Origin: an uncultured delta proteobacterium
Lineage (GTDB): Bacteria; Desulfobacterota; Binatia; UBA9968
Assembly (NCBI GenBank): GCA_963755715.1
Contig: CAVWLW010000033.1
Coordinates: forward strand, 321,400-385,399
Direction: 5' to 3'
Length of the DNA stretch: 64,000 nt
Shown here: positions 25,549 through 35,672 of the stretch, piece by piece
Layout: the number at the start of each line of letters is the position of its first letter
Position numbering within the stretch: position 1 is the first letter of the stretch
Program-made: the position numbers and the translations under genes
Notes under the pieces: generated by a model
What the model was told of the DNA's origin: nothing
Databases searched by the model: none
Seen by the model: only the letters and a program-made list of their open reading frames with translations

Positions 25549-26622
25549 ATGAAGCACACCGCGAAAAAATTTCGTTTGACGACCGGATTGTGTTTGCTGT
25601 TTCTCCACTGCTTCGGCAGCGCGTGGGGACAAACCAAAAAGCCCGTCTCTTTTGCGGAGCTGGCCGCCTACACCGGGGCCGATCGCGAGCAACGTCTGCT
25701 GGCCGGAGCGAAGACCGAAGGGAAGGTTGTTTGGTACACTTCACTGGCCGGGAGCTCGTACAAGGAACTGGCCAAAGGCTTCGAGTCGAAATATTCCGGG
25801 ATCAAGATCGAACCCTATCGTGGCACGAGCTCGGATATCATGACGAAGGTCACGGCCGAGGCGCAGGCAAAGCAAATCATCGCCGATGTGATAGAAACTA
25901 CGCTGCCGACCCTGCGGTTCTTGCGCGAGAACAAACTGCTCATCGCCTATACATCGCCTCATCTCGCCAAATATCCCCCGAATACGAAGGAAAGCGCCGC
26001 GCGCGGGCTGGTCTTTTGGGCGATCGACCGCGAGACGTACATGGGGGTTGGCTATAACACTAACCTGATACCCGCGTCGATCGTGCCGAAAAATTACGGC
26101 GATTTGCTCAGGCCCGAGCTCAAGGGCAAAATCGGCTTTGTCTCCAACGAAACCGGAACCCGCACGCTCGGCGGGATTCTGAAAGTCAAAGGCGAGGAGT
26201 TCGTTAGGAAGCTCAAGGTGCAAGATATCAGCTTGCACCCAATTTCGGGGCGCGCGATGGCGGACCTAGTCATGTCAGGAGAAGTAGCGCTGTCGCCAAC
26301 GATCTTTCGTGATCACGCGCTGGAAGCGAAGGCCAAAGGCGCGCCGATCGATTGGGCGCCGATGGAAATCGTACCTGCCAACGCCGGCGGTGTCGCGCTG
26401 GTCGCGCAGGCGCCCCATCCACACGCTTCGGCGTTACTGGCGGATTTTCTGCTCAGTGCCGAAGCGGCAAAAATTCTCGGCGACCTGGATTACGGCAGCC
26501 CTTTTAAACCGGTCAGTTTCAAACTCTGGTATCCCGAGACCGGACTGTCGACGGAGCAATACGACAAAGCCGCCGAGAAGTGGGACAAGCTGTTGCGCGA
26601 AATCGGCCGTAAACCGCTCTGA
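25549..26622 (+). CDS. Extracellular solute-binding protein (Fe3+/thiamine-type ABC family)
   Basis: Signal peptide, GAKTEGKVVWYTS, YNTNL, APHPHASALLADFLLS. Confidence 0.85.
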   Translation: MKHTAKKFRLTTGLCLLFLHCFGSAWGQTKKPVSFAELAAYTGADREQRLLAGAKTEGKVVWYTSLAGSSYKELAKGFESKYSGIKIEPYRGTSSDIMTKVTAEAQAKQIIADVIETTLPTLRFLRENKLLIAYTSPHLAKYPPNTKESAARGLVFWAIDRETYMGVGYNTNLIPASIVPKNYGDLLRPELKGKIGFVSNETGTRTLGGILKVKGEEFVRKLKVQDISLHPISGRAMADLVMSGEVALSPTIFRDHALEAKAKGAPIDWAPMEIVPANAGGVALVAQAPHPHASALLADFLLSAEAAKILGDLDYGSPFKPVSFKLWYPETGLSTEQYDKAAEKWDKLLREIGRKPL

Positions 26623-26703
26623 AATCGGTGTCCGACATCTTCCAATTTCGTTCACCGCCTTACCAAACGATTCTAGCGTTTTTCAAGGATACTCTTTCGC
26701 GCG

Positions 26704-28233
26704 TTAAGACGAAGCGGAATCGGCCAAGTTAATATTCGTCTGCATGCGCGCGAGCGCGCTGTGCTGCCGGCCGTAAGAAAAATAAATCGCAAAGCCCAGT
26801 AGCAGCCAGATGATGAGCCGCAGCCAGTTTTCCACCGGCAGCGAGAACATCAACAGCAAACAAAAAGCGATGCCGAGTATCGGTACGAGTGGCACCAGCG
26901 GGCAGCGAAAGGGACGCGGCATGTCCGGCTCCGTGCGGCGCATGATCAACACGGCGGCGCAGACGATGACGAAAGCGAGCAGCGTGCCGATGTTCACCAG
27001 CTCCGCAAGCATGCGCAGGGGCAGCAGCGCCGACATCAAACCGACCGCCGTGCCGGTCACAATTGTCGACTTCCACGGCGTGCGAAAACGCGGGTGTACC
27101 GCGCCGAAAAATTGGCTGGGCAAAAGCCCGTCGCGCGCCATCGCCAACATGATCCGCGGCTGGCTCAACATGAGCACCATCAACACGGAGGTGATGCCGG
27201 TCAAAGCGCCGAGGGAGATGACCGCATGAACCCACGGCAAGCCGATTTGACTGAAAGCTTTGGCGATGGGGGCATCGATATCGATTTGTTGATAAGGAAC
27301 CATGCCGGTCAGGACCGCGGCGACGGCGATATAAAGAATCGTGCATAGGATAAGCGAACCGATGATGCCGATCGGCACGTCGCGGCTCGGATTGCGCGCT
27401 TCTTCGGCGTGCGTCGACACCGAGTCGAAGCCGATGTACGCGTAGAAAACTATAGCCGCGCCGGCCATGACGCCGAGCGGCTCGCCGCCCGGTCCATGCT
27501 GTCCCATGATCGTGTTTCCGAAAAGGCTGATGCCGCTATAACCGTAGGGCGCGAAAGGCCGCCAATTGGCGGGATCGATGTAGAAGACGCCGATAGCGAT
27601 GACCAGAAGCACAACGGCTAGCTTGATCACGACCATAAAAAAATTGAACGCCGCGCTGCGGCGAATGCCGGTAACCAGAATTATCGTCAGTACGGCCGAA
27701 ATCAACAACGCAGGCGCATCGATGATCGCGCCAGTGGCGACAAACGCGCCGCTGGCCGGATTGAAATCGAAGGGAGCATTCGTGAAGGCCGCCGGCGGAT
27801 AGCCGCCGAGCAGATGGAGAAAATCGACGAAGTAGTGCGACCAACCATGCGCCACGCTGGCCGCGCCGATGCCATATTCCAACAGCAAGTCCCAGCCGAT
27901 GATCCAGGCGAAGAGTTCGCCCAAGGTCGCATAAGCGTAGGTGTATGCCGAGCCCGCCACGGGCACCATCGAGGCGAATTCAGCATAGCAGAGCGCGGCA
28001 AAGGCGCAGGCGAAGCCGGCGACGACAAAGGAAAGCACGGTCGCCGCGCCGGCTTTGTCTTTGGCGACCACGCCGATGATGACGAAGATGCCGGCGCCAA
28101 CAATCGCGCCGACGCCGAGGCTGGTGAGCTGCAATGGGCCGAGCACGGGGCGCAAGCCATGTCCGCTGCCTACCTCTTTCAACAATAAATTCGCCGGCTT
28201 TTTCGCCAGGAGTGAGCTGCGCTTAGACGGCAT
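26704..28233 (-). CDS. APC superfamily amino acid permease (cationic amino acid transporter-like)
   Basis: GAIVGAGIF, CYAEFASMVPVAGSAYTY, YIGFD, MARDGLLP; many TM helices; probable ATG at 28233. Confidence 0.92.
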   Translation of the reverse strand: MPSKRSSLLAKKPANLLLKEVGSGHGLRPVLGPLQLTSLGVGAIVGAGIFVIIGVVAKDKAGAATVLSFVVAGFACAFAALCYAEFASMVPVAGSAYTYAYATLGELFAWIIGWDLLLEYGIGAASVAHGWSHYFVDFLHLLGGYPPAAFTNAPFDFNPASGAFVATGAIIDAPALLISAVLTIILVTGIRRSAAFNFFMVVIKLAVVLLVIAIGVFYIDPANWRPFAPYGYSGISLFGNTIMGQHGPGGEPLGVMAGAAIVFYAYIGFDSVSTHAEEARNPSRDVPIGIIGSLILCTILYIAVAAVLTGMVPYQQIDIDAPIAKAFSQIGLPWVHAVISLGALTGITSVLMVLMLSQPRIMLAMARDGLLPSQFFGAVHPRFRTPWKSTIVTGTAVGLMSALLPLRMLAELVNIGTLLAFVIVCAAVLIMRRTEPDMPRPFRCPLVPLVPILGIAFCLLLMFSLPVENWLRLIIWLLLGFAIYFSYGRQHSALARMQTNINLADSASS

Positions 28234-28304
28234 GAAACAGGCAAATACCGTGCGAGCGCGGGGAATGCAAGATTGCTCTTCTGCCGCATCCTTCACGACG
28301 AGAA

Positions 28305-28376
28305 AGATTCCTCGCTCCGCCGCTCGGAATGACAACAAACTAATCGGTTTGTCATCTCGAACGAAGTGAGAGATCT
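28305..28376. repeat. REP-like pair, family A
   Basis: agattcctcgctccgccgctcggaatgaca...tgtcatctcgaacgaagtgagagatct. Confidence 0.72.
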
Positions 28377-28421
28377 TGGCCCAACTACAGTACTACCCGA
28401 ATGAGCGACAATTCTTCGCGC

Positions 28422-28450
28422 TTGACGCTGTCGGTTCGTCCCTCTACTAT
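28422..28450 (+). promoter_or_regulatory. Putative sigma70 promoter
   Basis: TTGACG-17 bp-TACTAT, about 30 bp upstream of ATG 28483. Confidence 0.55.
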
Positions 28451-28482
28451 CCGGGCAATTTTAGCGGGAAGGTCCTGATCCA

Positions 28483-29475
28483 ATGAAAGTATTCTTGGCC
28501 GTCGTTCTCGCCGGCTTATGTCTCACGGTTGATGCGATTGCAGTCCTAGCCGCCTCTGTGCCGCCGGCGAAGATCGTGATTACGCCGGCGAGCTTCAGCG
28601 AGCGCGAAGGACTGCTGATCGTCACGCAAAATCAAGGCTATTTCCGCAAACGTAATCTCGACGTGCAGCTGGTGCTCATGCCTAGCGCGCCGATTGCGTT
28701 TTCGGCTTTGACCGCGGGCGAATCGCATTTTTACTACGGCACGACATCCGGCACGAGCCTCGGCGCTGTCCTGAACGGTCTCGACGGCGTCTTCGTCGCC
28801 GGTTTTATCAACAAGCTCGTCGGCGCCTTCGCGGTGAGCAAAGACATCAAGACGCCCAACGACCTCAAAGGCAAGCAAATTGGCGTGGCCAGCCTCGGCG
28901 GCGGCAACTGGATGTTCACCATGCTCGCGTTCGACCATTGGGGCCTCGACCCCAAGCGCGACAACATTACGTTTCGCATCATCGGCAACACCGGCGTGCG
29001 CGCCCAATCGATCGCATCGGGGATCATCGGCGGGTCGGTGTTGGGTTACACCTTTGCGACTAATTTGCGTCGCGACGGCTATCCGATTTTAGCCGATCTC
29101 GGCGATCTCAATATTCCGTTTCAGGATACCGGACTCTACACGCGCAAGAGTTTTGTCGCCCAGCACCCGGAAGTCGTCGAGAACGTGCTGCGCGCGCTGC
29201 TCGACGGCATCACGTTCATTCAAAGCCCCGACAATAAAAGTGCCGTGCTTAAAAGTTTGGTCCAGTGGCTGCGCTTATCGAAAACGGAGGATGCGGTCGA
29301 AGGCTATGAGTTCATGCGCAAGATGTACACGAAGCGGATCTATCCGACGGTCGACGGCATCCGCAACAGCCTCCGCGTGCTCGCAACCACGAACGAAAAG
29401 TTTCGTGCCCTCAAGGCCGAGGATCTAGTCGACGACCGGATCGTCAGAAAGCTCGAGAAAGAGGGCGCGTTCTAG
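28483..29475 (+). CDS. ABC substrate-binding protein, NMT1/SsuA-like
   Basis: Signal peptide, GYFRKRNLDV, DLKGKQIGV. Confidence 0.86.
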   Translation: MKVFLAVVLAGLCLTVDAIAVLAASVPPAKIVITPASFSEREGLLIVTQNQGYFRKRNLDVQLVLMPSAPIAFSALTAGESHFYYGTTSGTSLGAVLNGLDGVFVAGFINKLVGAFAVSKDIKTPNDLKGKQIGVASLGGGNWMFTMLAFDHWGLDPKRDNITFRIIGNTGVRAQSIASGIIGGSVLGYTFATNLRRDGYPILADLGDLNIPFQDTGLYTRKSFVAQHPEVVENVLRALLDGITFIQSPDNKSAVLKSLVQWLRLSKTEDAVEGYEFMRKMYTKRIYPTVDGIRNSLRVLATTNEKFRALKAEDLVDDRIVRKLEKEGAF

Positions 29476-29535
29476 GGTGGATCTCGACCCGCGCGTACTG
29501 AGCGATCCATTTTGGACGAAAACCTTGGAGGCCTC

Positions 29536-30504
29536 ATGCAAGTTTCGCTGAAAGCAATTGTCATCATCGGGGCTGTCTTGCTGCTTGCTTGGACGAGCGC
29601 GACGCAGGCCCGCGACGTGGTCATTGGCTATTCGGGCCGAACCATCGCCGAGATGCCCTTCGCGTGGGGCAGTCGAAAGGGATTTTTCAAGGAAGCGAAC
29701 CTCGACGTGAAGATGATCTATATGTCTACCAGCATCGCCGCCAAAGGACTGATGAGCGGCGACGTCGATTATTCCACCGCCATGGGCGGCACCTTGCGGG
29801 CGGCGATCGCCGGCGCGCCGCTGATCGGCATCTACTCGATGTTCAAAGCGCAGATGTACCTGGTCGCGCAGCCGCGTTACAAACAGGTCGCCGACCTCAA
29901 AGGCAAAACCGTCGGCATCAGCGTCTTCGGCGGCGCCTACGACCTCGTCGCGCGGACGATTCTCAAGCATCACGGGCTCGATCCGGAGAAGCAGGTGACG
30001 CTGTTGCAGATCGGCGACAGCCGCACGCTCTATAGCGCGCTCGCCGCGGGCAGCATCGACAGCGCGATCCTCGGACCGCCCTACGACATCAAAGCCGAGT
30101 TGGAGGGCAACAATCGTTTGTTCGACTCATCGGAGATCTTCGACATGCCGTTCTCCGGCCTGGCGACGAGCAAGAAGAAATTGCAGCAGGACCGCGCCGA
30201 AGTGAAGGCGATCGTGCGCGGCCTGGAGCGCATCCGCCGTTACATCGCGGCGAATCGCGCGGAAGCGGAAGCGTTCGTCAAGCAGTTTTTAAATCTAAAC
30301 GACAAGGAAGCGCGCCTGTCAGTGGCGCAGATGGTGAAATCGTTTCGCGACACCGGACGCACGACGGACGAAGCGGTCGTGGATTTCATCGAGACGACGT
30401 TGCGGAGCACCAAGCAAAAAGCCGGCAGCATTAAGCCCAGCGACATCGTCGACTGGAGCGTGACGACTGAAGTCGTTCGAGAGCTGGATAAAGAAAAAAA
30501 ATAG
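29536..30504 (+). CDS. ABC substrate-binding protein, NMT1/SsuA-like
   Basis: Signal peptide, KGFFKEANLDV, DLKGKTVGIS, HGLDPEKQV. Confidence 0.86.
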   Translation: MQVSLKAIVIIGAVLLLAWTSATQARDVVIGYSGRTIAEMPFAWGSRKGFFKEANLDVKMIYMSTSIAAKGLMSGDVDYSTAMGGTLRAAIAGAPLIGIYSMFKAQMYLVAQPRYKQVADLKGKTVGISVFGGAYDLVARTILKHHGLDPEKQVTLLQIGDSRTLYSALAAGSIDSAILGPPYDIKAELEGNNRLFDSSEIFDMPFSGLATSKKKLQQDRAEVKAIVRGLERIRRYIAANRAEAEAFVKQFLNLNDKEARLSVAQMVKSFRDTGRTTDEAVVDFIETTLRSTKQKAGSIKPSDIVDWSVTTEVVRELDKEKK

Positions 30505-30526
30505 AAATACTCTCACCGCGAAGAAC

Positions 30527-30727
30527 CCAGCGCGGCAGAGCCGCAACCGAAACTCGGAGTGTCTCCCGCAAAGACGCAAAGGGCGCAAAGTTCGGAGATT
30601 GAGGGTGAAAATCATTTATAAGAGTGTTTGTCCTTTCCCCATAACCTTGGCGCCTTTGCGCCTTGGCGGGAGGAATTCCTGACCAGAATTATTTGCGCGG
30701 GTCGCGCAAATTTTGAACTATAGTAAT
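30527..30727. mobile_element. Non-autonomous hairpin-ended element inserted in an acgaag repeat (copy 1)
   Basis: Left end ccagcgcggcagagccgcaacc and right end atttgcgc...gcgcaaattttgaactatagtaat shared with 41964-42172. Confidence 0.55.
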
Positions 30728-30776
30728 ACGAAGGGACCGCCCCACCTTTATCCTCCACGACGAGACTGTGTCCCAG

Positions 30777-30859
30777 TGTCATCCTGAGGCAATAGCCGAA
30801 GGATCTCGGCTTCGTAGCTGGAAGAAATGCGAGATTCTTCGCTAACGCTCAGAATGACA
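30777..30859. repeat. REP-like pair, family A
   Basis: tgtcatcctgagg...gaaggatctc...gagattcttcgctaacgctcagaatgaca. Confidence 0.72.
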
Positions 30860-31283
30860 TCGAAGCGACTTTCACGATTAGACAACACTCGAGGGGGACA
30901 GCGGTCGGGTAAATTCCACCATAAAGCGCGCATGGATCACGAAACGAATTGGTCTCCATCAGCTCGCTTGTCCCACTACTTGTCCCGCCGGATTGGATCC
31001 CTCATTTGCCAGGTAGAATCGAAACTTTTGGATACACCATGTATCCGAAAGTTTCGTTCAGTGACGTCCCGATGAGTCGGGAGGAAATTGAATCGGCAAA
31101 AAAGCTTTTGCTTACCGCCACTTGAATTTTCTTCGTCAATTTTTCTTGCCGGGCACAGTGCTTTGCGCTAGTCAATAGCATAGCTTTTCACTTTACGGTC
31201 CGTGGCAGACTTTAACTCATCGTCTTTGAACCGGTTTACCGACGGCTCAGCGGATTCAGACGGAGTTTATAGTGGAGGTGTTT

Positions 31284-32028
31284 ATGTTTAAACTCAGATC
31301 ATTCATAAGCGTAGCCTTTGTTCTCGCGGCCTCCTTCGGACAATCCTTTGCTAAAGATGATCGGTGGTTTTTTACAGCCAACGAAATGGCCGATGCCTAT
31401 CGCTATCAGCAACAGTTTGGCGCGCGTCTGCGCCATCCCTTAGAGCCGCAAACATGTTTGCAGGGCAAGAAGGACTTCGCCGCGTCATACCAAGGTAGAC
31501 CGTTCGTAGCGCCTTGCCGGTTCGTCGGCGAAACGATTCGCCAGTTAAGAGAGCTGTTGGAATCGGGTGCTGCAAAATATCTCTTCCCGCTGGATGTCGA
31601 TTCTGCCGACCTGGCTGTGCCGGTGGATGTATACGTGAGTAAATATAAACAGCTCCCGAGAGAGGAGATTTTGCCAGCGCTGCTGCGTGAACCGACGCTG
31701 GTAGCGATCTACCATACGGCCGTGCATTTAAATCCCGAGGTCGGCAATAAAGGATCGGGGATGAGCGTATGGGGCAAAAATGCGTACGGTCGCCGGCTTC
31801 TACGACGGGCGACCGAACCAAATTCTGTCGCCGCGTTCCGACGGAGGAGTCGATTATGAGCCAGCAGGGTTAGTTCGACTCGGCAGTTTTACCATGATGG
31901 GTCATTTTTTGGGCGAACTAACGTTTGTGGCGAATGATACCGTCGTAACTTTCGATTTGTCGTTCGATAACGATCGCGCGGCGGCGCCGACCGCGGACGT
32001 CGTTACTATGAGTGCGGCCGCAAGGTAA
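31284..32028 (+). CDS. Secreted hypothetical protein (frameshift near 31775)
   Basis: GGAGG RBS, signal peptide ending SFA-KD; coding continues in ORF 31780-32028 after a GGGG/AAAAA run. Confidence 0.6.
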
Positions 32029-32211
32029 TGTGGCTACCGGCTGGCGTCAACGCCGATCCAAGCGGCCGATATGTCCACTGCAGCGAAGCGCGTATCCTCA
32101 GCGAGAATGCGCGCGTGGTGATAGAAGCTGCCAGTGCAGTCGTAGCACGGCTTTCGCGTAATTAGCTGCGCGCAGGACAGCCATGTCTGCCTACTATCGC
32201 ATTGCGGTTAG

Positions 32212-32266
32212 TTGATCCTTAGGACAAAGAAGGTTATTCTCGAATAGACCAAAATTGTGGTCTATT
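32212..32266 (+). promoter_or_regulatory. TA operon promoter with palindromic operator
   Basis: TTGATC-17-TATTCT followed by inverted repeat aatagacca-N6-tggtctatt (32243-32266), as expected for TA autoregulation. Confidence 0.55.
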
Positions 32267-32281
32267 TGCTGGAGGGCGAAT

Positions 32282-32575
32282 ATGTCGAAAACCATGCCCA
32301 TATCGGAAGTTAAAACTCATCTGCCTGAGCTCGTAACCGGTGTTGCCGAGCAGGAAGAAGAAATTATCGTCACCCGTAACGGTAAGCCCGCCGCCGTACT
32401 GGTCAATTTCGCCGAATACGAGCGTTTAAAAGATAGTCTCGACGTCTTAAGCGACTCTGCTTTGATGAGCCAGATCCGTGAGAGCCGAAAGTTTTATTCG
32501 AAGAAAAAAACAGGACTGTCTTTCGAAGCGGTATTTGGGGAGCCTCTGCGGCTGCGCAAGCGACGCAAGCCATAA
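32282..32575 (+). CDS. Type II antitoxin, Phd/YefM family
   Basis: MPISEVKTHLPELV, IIVTRNGKPAAVLV, YERLKDSLDVL. Confidence 0.93.
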   Translation: MSKTMPISEVKTHLPELVTGVAEQEEEIIVTRNGKPAAVLVNFAEYERLKDSLDVLSDSALMSQIRESRKFYSKKKTGLSFEAVFGEPLRLRKRRKP

Positions 32576-32874
32576 TGGCCGTTTATCGGCCGGATATACC
32601 GCCTCATGTCGCAGAGATCATTCGCCACCTGCCGCCGGACTTAAAACGCAGCATCAAGCATTCAATCCGCAAGTTAAGTTTAAACCCGTACGACGGCGCG
32701 CCGTTACTTCGTGAGTTAGCCGGACTACGGAAATATAAAGTACGACGTTTCCGGATTATTTATGAGATAGACCGAGGAACTCGGACGATCCGTATCTTCG
32801 CGGTCGGGCACCGCCGAGAAGTATATGAGGATTTGGTCGCGCAACTTCGGGAGACAGGAAGACGACGGAGATAG
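32575..32874 (+). CDS. Type II toxin, RelE/ParE family
   Basis: LAGLRKYKVRRFRIIYEI, VGHRREVY; TAATG overlap with antitoxin. Confidence 0.92.
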   Translation: MAVYRPDIPPHVAEIIRHLPPDLKRSIKHSIRKLSLNPYDGAPLLRELAGLRKYKVRRFRIIYEIDRGTRTIRIFAVGHRREVYEDLVAQLRETGRRRR

Positions 32875-32929
32875 CGAGAACAAGCTTGAAGATATTTTTT
32901 GCCGGATTCGGATCCCGACCCCAATTTCT

Positions 32930-33126
32930 ATCTGCTGTCCTGGATTTAAGTTGTTTGGGTAAGGCATTCACCATTATGCCGGCATGCCGGTGAAAACCGG
33001 CATCCAGCATGGGCGTATGCCATACGCCCCTACGGAAACTCCTGGATTCCGGGTCGCGCTTGCTATTGCCAGCTTGCCCGGAATGACGATTCAATTTTGT
33101 TGCGAACTTTAGTTCCAGGACGCTAG
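32930..33126. repeat. MITE-like element carrying REP family B and a GTAG REP
   Basis: ccggcatccag...ctggattccggg...ccggaatgacg with end gaactttagttccaggacgctag, similar to 40254-40429. Confidence 0.5.
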
Positions 33127-33328
33127 ATTTTTCTTTCCAAGAACCGGCGCGAGGCGCGTGTTTCGATTTGAGCAGGATTCAAGTTGACACAACGCGACGG
33201 TATTCGATACGGTTTGTACCAAAAAGATCGAGGTCACGGGCCACTCTGTTTTTGAGTTAGCCGTTTGAGATTTCAGTCAGTGTGAGACGTGGACCGGCGC
33301 CGAGAAATTGAGCGCTTGGAGAAGTCTG

Positions 33329-34219
33329 ATGAACGGAACCCACCTGATGGATATTGGTTTTACCGCGGCATCGCTCCTCGGCCTGCACGCGGGATCTTTG
33401 TTCATGGTTATGGCAGCCGTGGCGCAGAACCCTAGCTCGCAGTTCGCAGGTTACGCGGATCTTCCGGGTGTGCGCCTCTGGTACACGGACAGCAGCGGTA
33501 GCGGGGTGCCGCTCGTGCTGCTCCATGCGAACACGGGCAATGCCGACAGTTGGCAGGACAACATTCCGGGCTTCGTCGACGCGGGGTATCGGGTGATCAC
33601 CTTCGATCGTCGCGGCTGGGGCCGCAGTAGAGCGAATCCGGAGAGTGGTGCTCAGCCGGGCACCATTGCGGAAGATCTGCACGCGCTCATGGAATATCTG
33701 CAAATCGATCAATTTCATCTGGTCGGCGTCGCAGGCGGCGGCTTCGCCGCTTATGACTACGTTCTCTGGCATCCCGAGCGGCTTCGCAGCATGGTCGTGG
33801 CCGCCAGCGGCGGCGCTATCGTCGACGACGAATTGAGCAAGCTTCGAGAGAAGACTACGCTTCCAGGGTTTAGGGGTTGGCCGCCGGAGTTTCGCGAAGT
33901 GAGCATGGGGTATATGGCGACCAACCCCGAGGGTCTCAAACGCTGGCTTGAGATTCACCATCACTCGCAACAGAAGGGCGCGCCGGCGCAGCCGCAACGC
34001 ACGACGATCACGTTCGCGAAGCTCGCGACGATTCGGGTGCCGACTCTATTGATGCCCGGAGATCAGGACCTGCAAGCGCCGCCCTGGGTCATGCGGCGGC
34101 AGCTCGCCCATATCCCCGGCGCCCAGTTCATCGTGCTGCCCGAGGCCGCTCACTCGATCAACTGGGAGCAGCCCGAGGCCTTCAACCGCAACGTCCTGGA
34201 TTTTATCCGGGCGCATTAG
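33329..34219 (+). CDS. Alpha/beta hydrolase fold protein
   Basis: PLVLLHANTG, FDRRGWGRS, LVGVAGGG elbow, PGDQD, AAHSINWEQPEAFN; start uncertain. Confidence 0.85.
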   Translation: MNGTHLMDIGFTAASLLGLHAGSLFMVMAAVAQNPSSQFAGYADLPGVRLWYTDSSGSGVPLVLLHANTGNADSWQDNIPGFVDAGYRVITFDRRGWGRSRANPESGAQPGTIAEDLHALMEYLQIDQFHLVGVAGGGFAAYDYVLWHPERLRSMVVAASGGAIVDDELSKLREKTTLPGFRGWPPEFREVSMGYMATNPEGLKRWLEIHHHSQQKGAPAQPQRTTITFAKLATIRVPTLLMPGDQDLQAPPWVMRRQLAHIPGAQFIVLPEAAHSINWEQPEAFNRNVLDFIRAH

Positions 34220-34477
34220 TCACAGCGGCACGAAGATTGTGATTCTGATTAATTGGAAAGCGATGCCTTCCGTCTAGCCAGTAGACGAGAACGGGATTAA
34301 AAAGTCGGTGATGGAGAAGAGAGAAAATAGCGGCGAGAGACGATTACGTTTTCGCTAAGGCCGACACGGTAAGTAATAGAGGCATGTCTGGTACAGGTTG
34401 TTGCATGGACAGCGTCGGTGCCCCAGACAGTCTGCGTCGAAACAGCGATTGTGTCTGATTGCTGCAAGGAGAGGAAG

Positions 34478-35647
34478 ATGATCGAATTCAAGTTGATCTC
34501 CGCCGACGGTCATATCAACGAGCCCCCCGCGGCATGGGAAACAGTGCAAAAGGAATACGGCGATAGAGCGCCAAAGGTTGTCAAAGATCCGGAGGGATTC
34601 AAAGGAATTTGGGTGATAACCGACGGGCTTCCTCCCAGTCCCTGCTCCAACTATTCCATCGGACACGTCGTGAGCAAGCCCGGAGGTCTCGGCAGCGTGG
34701 AAATGGACAAGCATCACGAGCGGCTCCATTTTCATGAGACCTTTAAGTACGAAGATTTTCCCGCGTCCTGGGAGCCCGCGGCGCGCATCAAAGATCAAGA
34801 CGCCGACGGCGTCGCGGCGGAAGTATTATTTGCCAGCGTCGGGAGATTTTTCTACGGTCTCACGGACGGCGCATTTCAGCGGGCCATCTTTCGCTCTTAC
34901 AACGCTTGGCTCCATGAGTTTTGCGGCTACGATCCGACGCGCTTGATCGGAGTCGCGCTGATTTCGATCCTCGACCCGGAAAAAGCGGCGCAAGATATCC
35001 GCGAATACGCCGGATTGGGATTCAAGGCAGTGCAGATTCCCTACGCGATCAAAGATGGCGGCTACTATGATCCGGTTTATGAGCCGGTCTGGAGCGCGGC
35101 GGAGGACAACGGGATGGTGGTCCATATCCATCTCGGCGGGCCGGCGCAGGGGGTCAAACCGCGTTGGTTCGGCTTCCAGCGTTTGACTGCGGAAGGGTCC
35201 GGTGATTTCTTCGGCGCGCAGCGGATCGCGACCGCGACCGGTTTCCTCAGTCATCTGATGTTTTCGGGAGTTTTTGATCGCCATCCCAACCTCAAGGTGG
35301 TTTGCACGGAGTACGATGTCGGCTGGGTGGCGATTATGTTTGAGCAAGCCAACTATCGCTATGGGCGCGCCACCGCTTATGGTTCGGATGTAAAACTGAA
35401 GATGGCGCCCGGAGACTACATGAAGCGCCATGCTTGGTTCACTTTCCAGGATGATCGCGCAGGGATGCTTACCACTCCAGTTTTCGGCGCGGACAATTTC
35501 ATGTGGGCTAGCGACTATCCCCACGGCAACACGACATGGCCTTATTCTCATGAGACGATGGAGCGGCTTGCCACCGGGGTCAGCGTCGACGTGAAGCGCA
35601 AGGTTGGCCGTGAAAATGCCAACCGCTTGTATCGCATGGGGCTGTAA
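34478..35647 (+). CDS. Amidohydrolase family protein (Amidohydro_2)
   Basis: ISADGHINEP, YNAWL, HIH, GVFDRHPNLK, ASDYPH. Confidence 0.9.
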   Translation: MIEFKLISADGHINEPPAAWETVQKEYGDRAPKVVKDPEGFKGIWVITDGLPPSPCSNYSIGHVVSKPGGLGSVEMDKHHERLHFHETFKYEDFPASWEPAARIKDQDADGVAAEVLFASVGRFFYGLTDGAFQRAIFRSYNAWLHEFCGYDPTRLIGVALISILDPEKAAQDIREYAGLGFKAVQIPYAIKDGGYYDPVYEPVWSAAEDNGMVVHIHLGGPAQGVKPRWFGFQRLTAEGSGDFFGAQRIATATGFLSHLMFSGVFDRHPNLKVVCTEYDVGWVAIMFEQANYRYGRATAYGSDVKLKMAPGDYMKRHAWFTFQDDRAGMLTTPVFGADNFMWASDYPHGNTTWPYSHETMERLATGVSVDVKRKVGRENANRLYRMGL

Positions 35648-35672
35648 AATTCTGACAGCGCTGAAAGAAAGT

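Noticed and set aside
31151-31166. Sigma54-like promoters (ggcacagtgctttgc here and tggcatgacactttgc near 57252)
   Set aside because: GG-to-GC spacing is 11 nt rather than the required 10 in both; valid only if a T-run is a sequencing error
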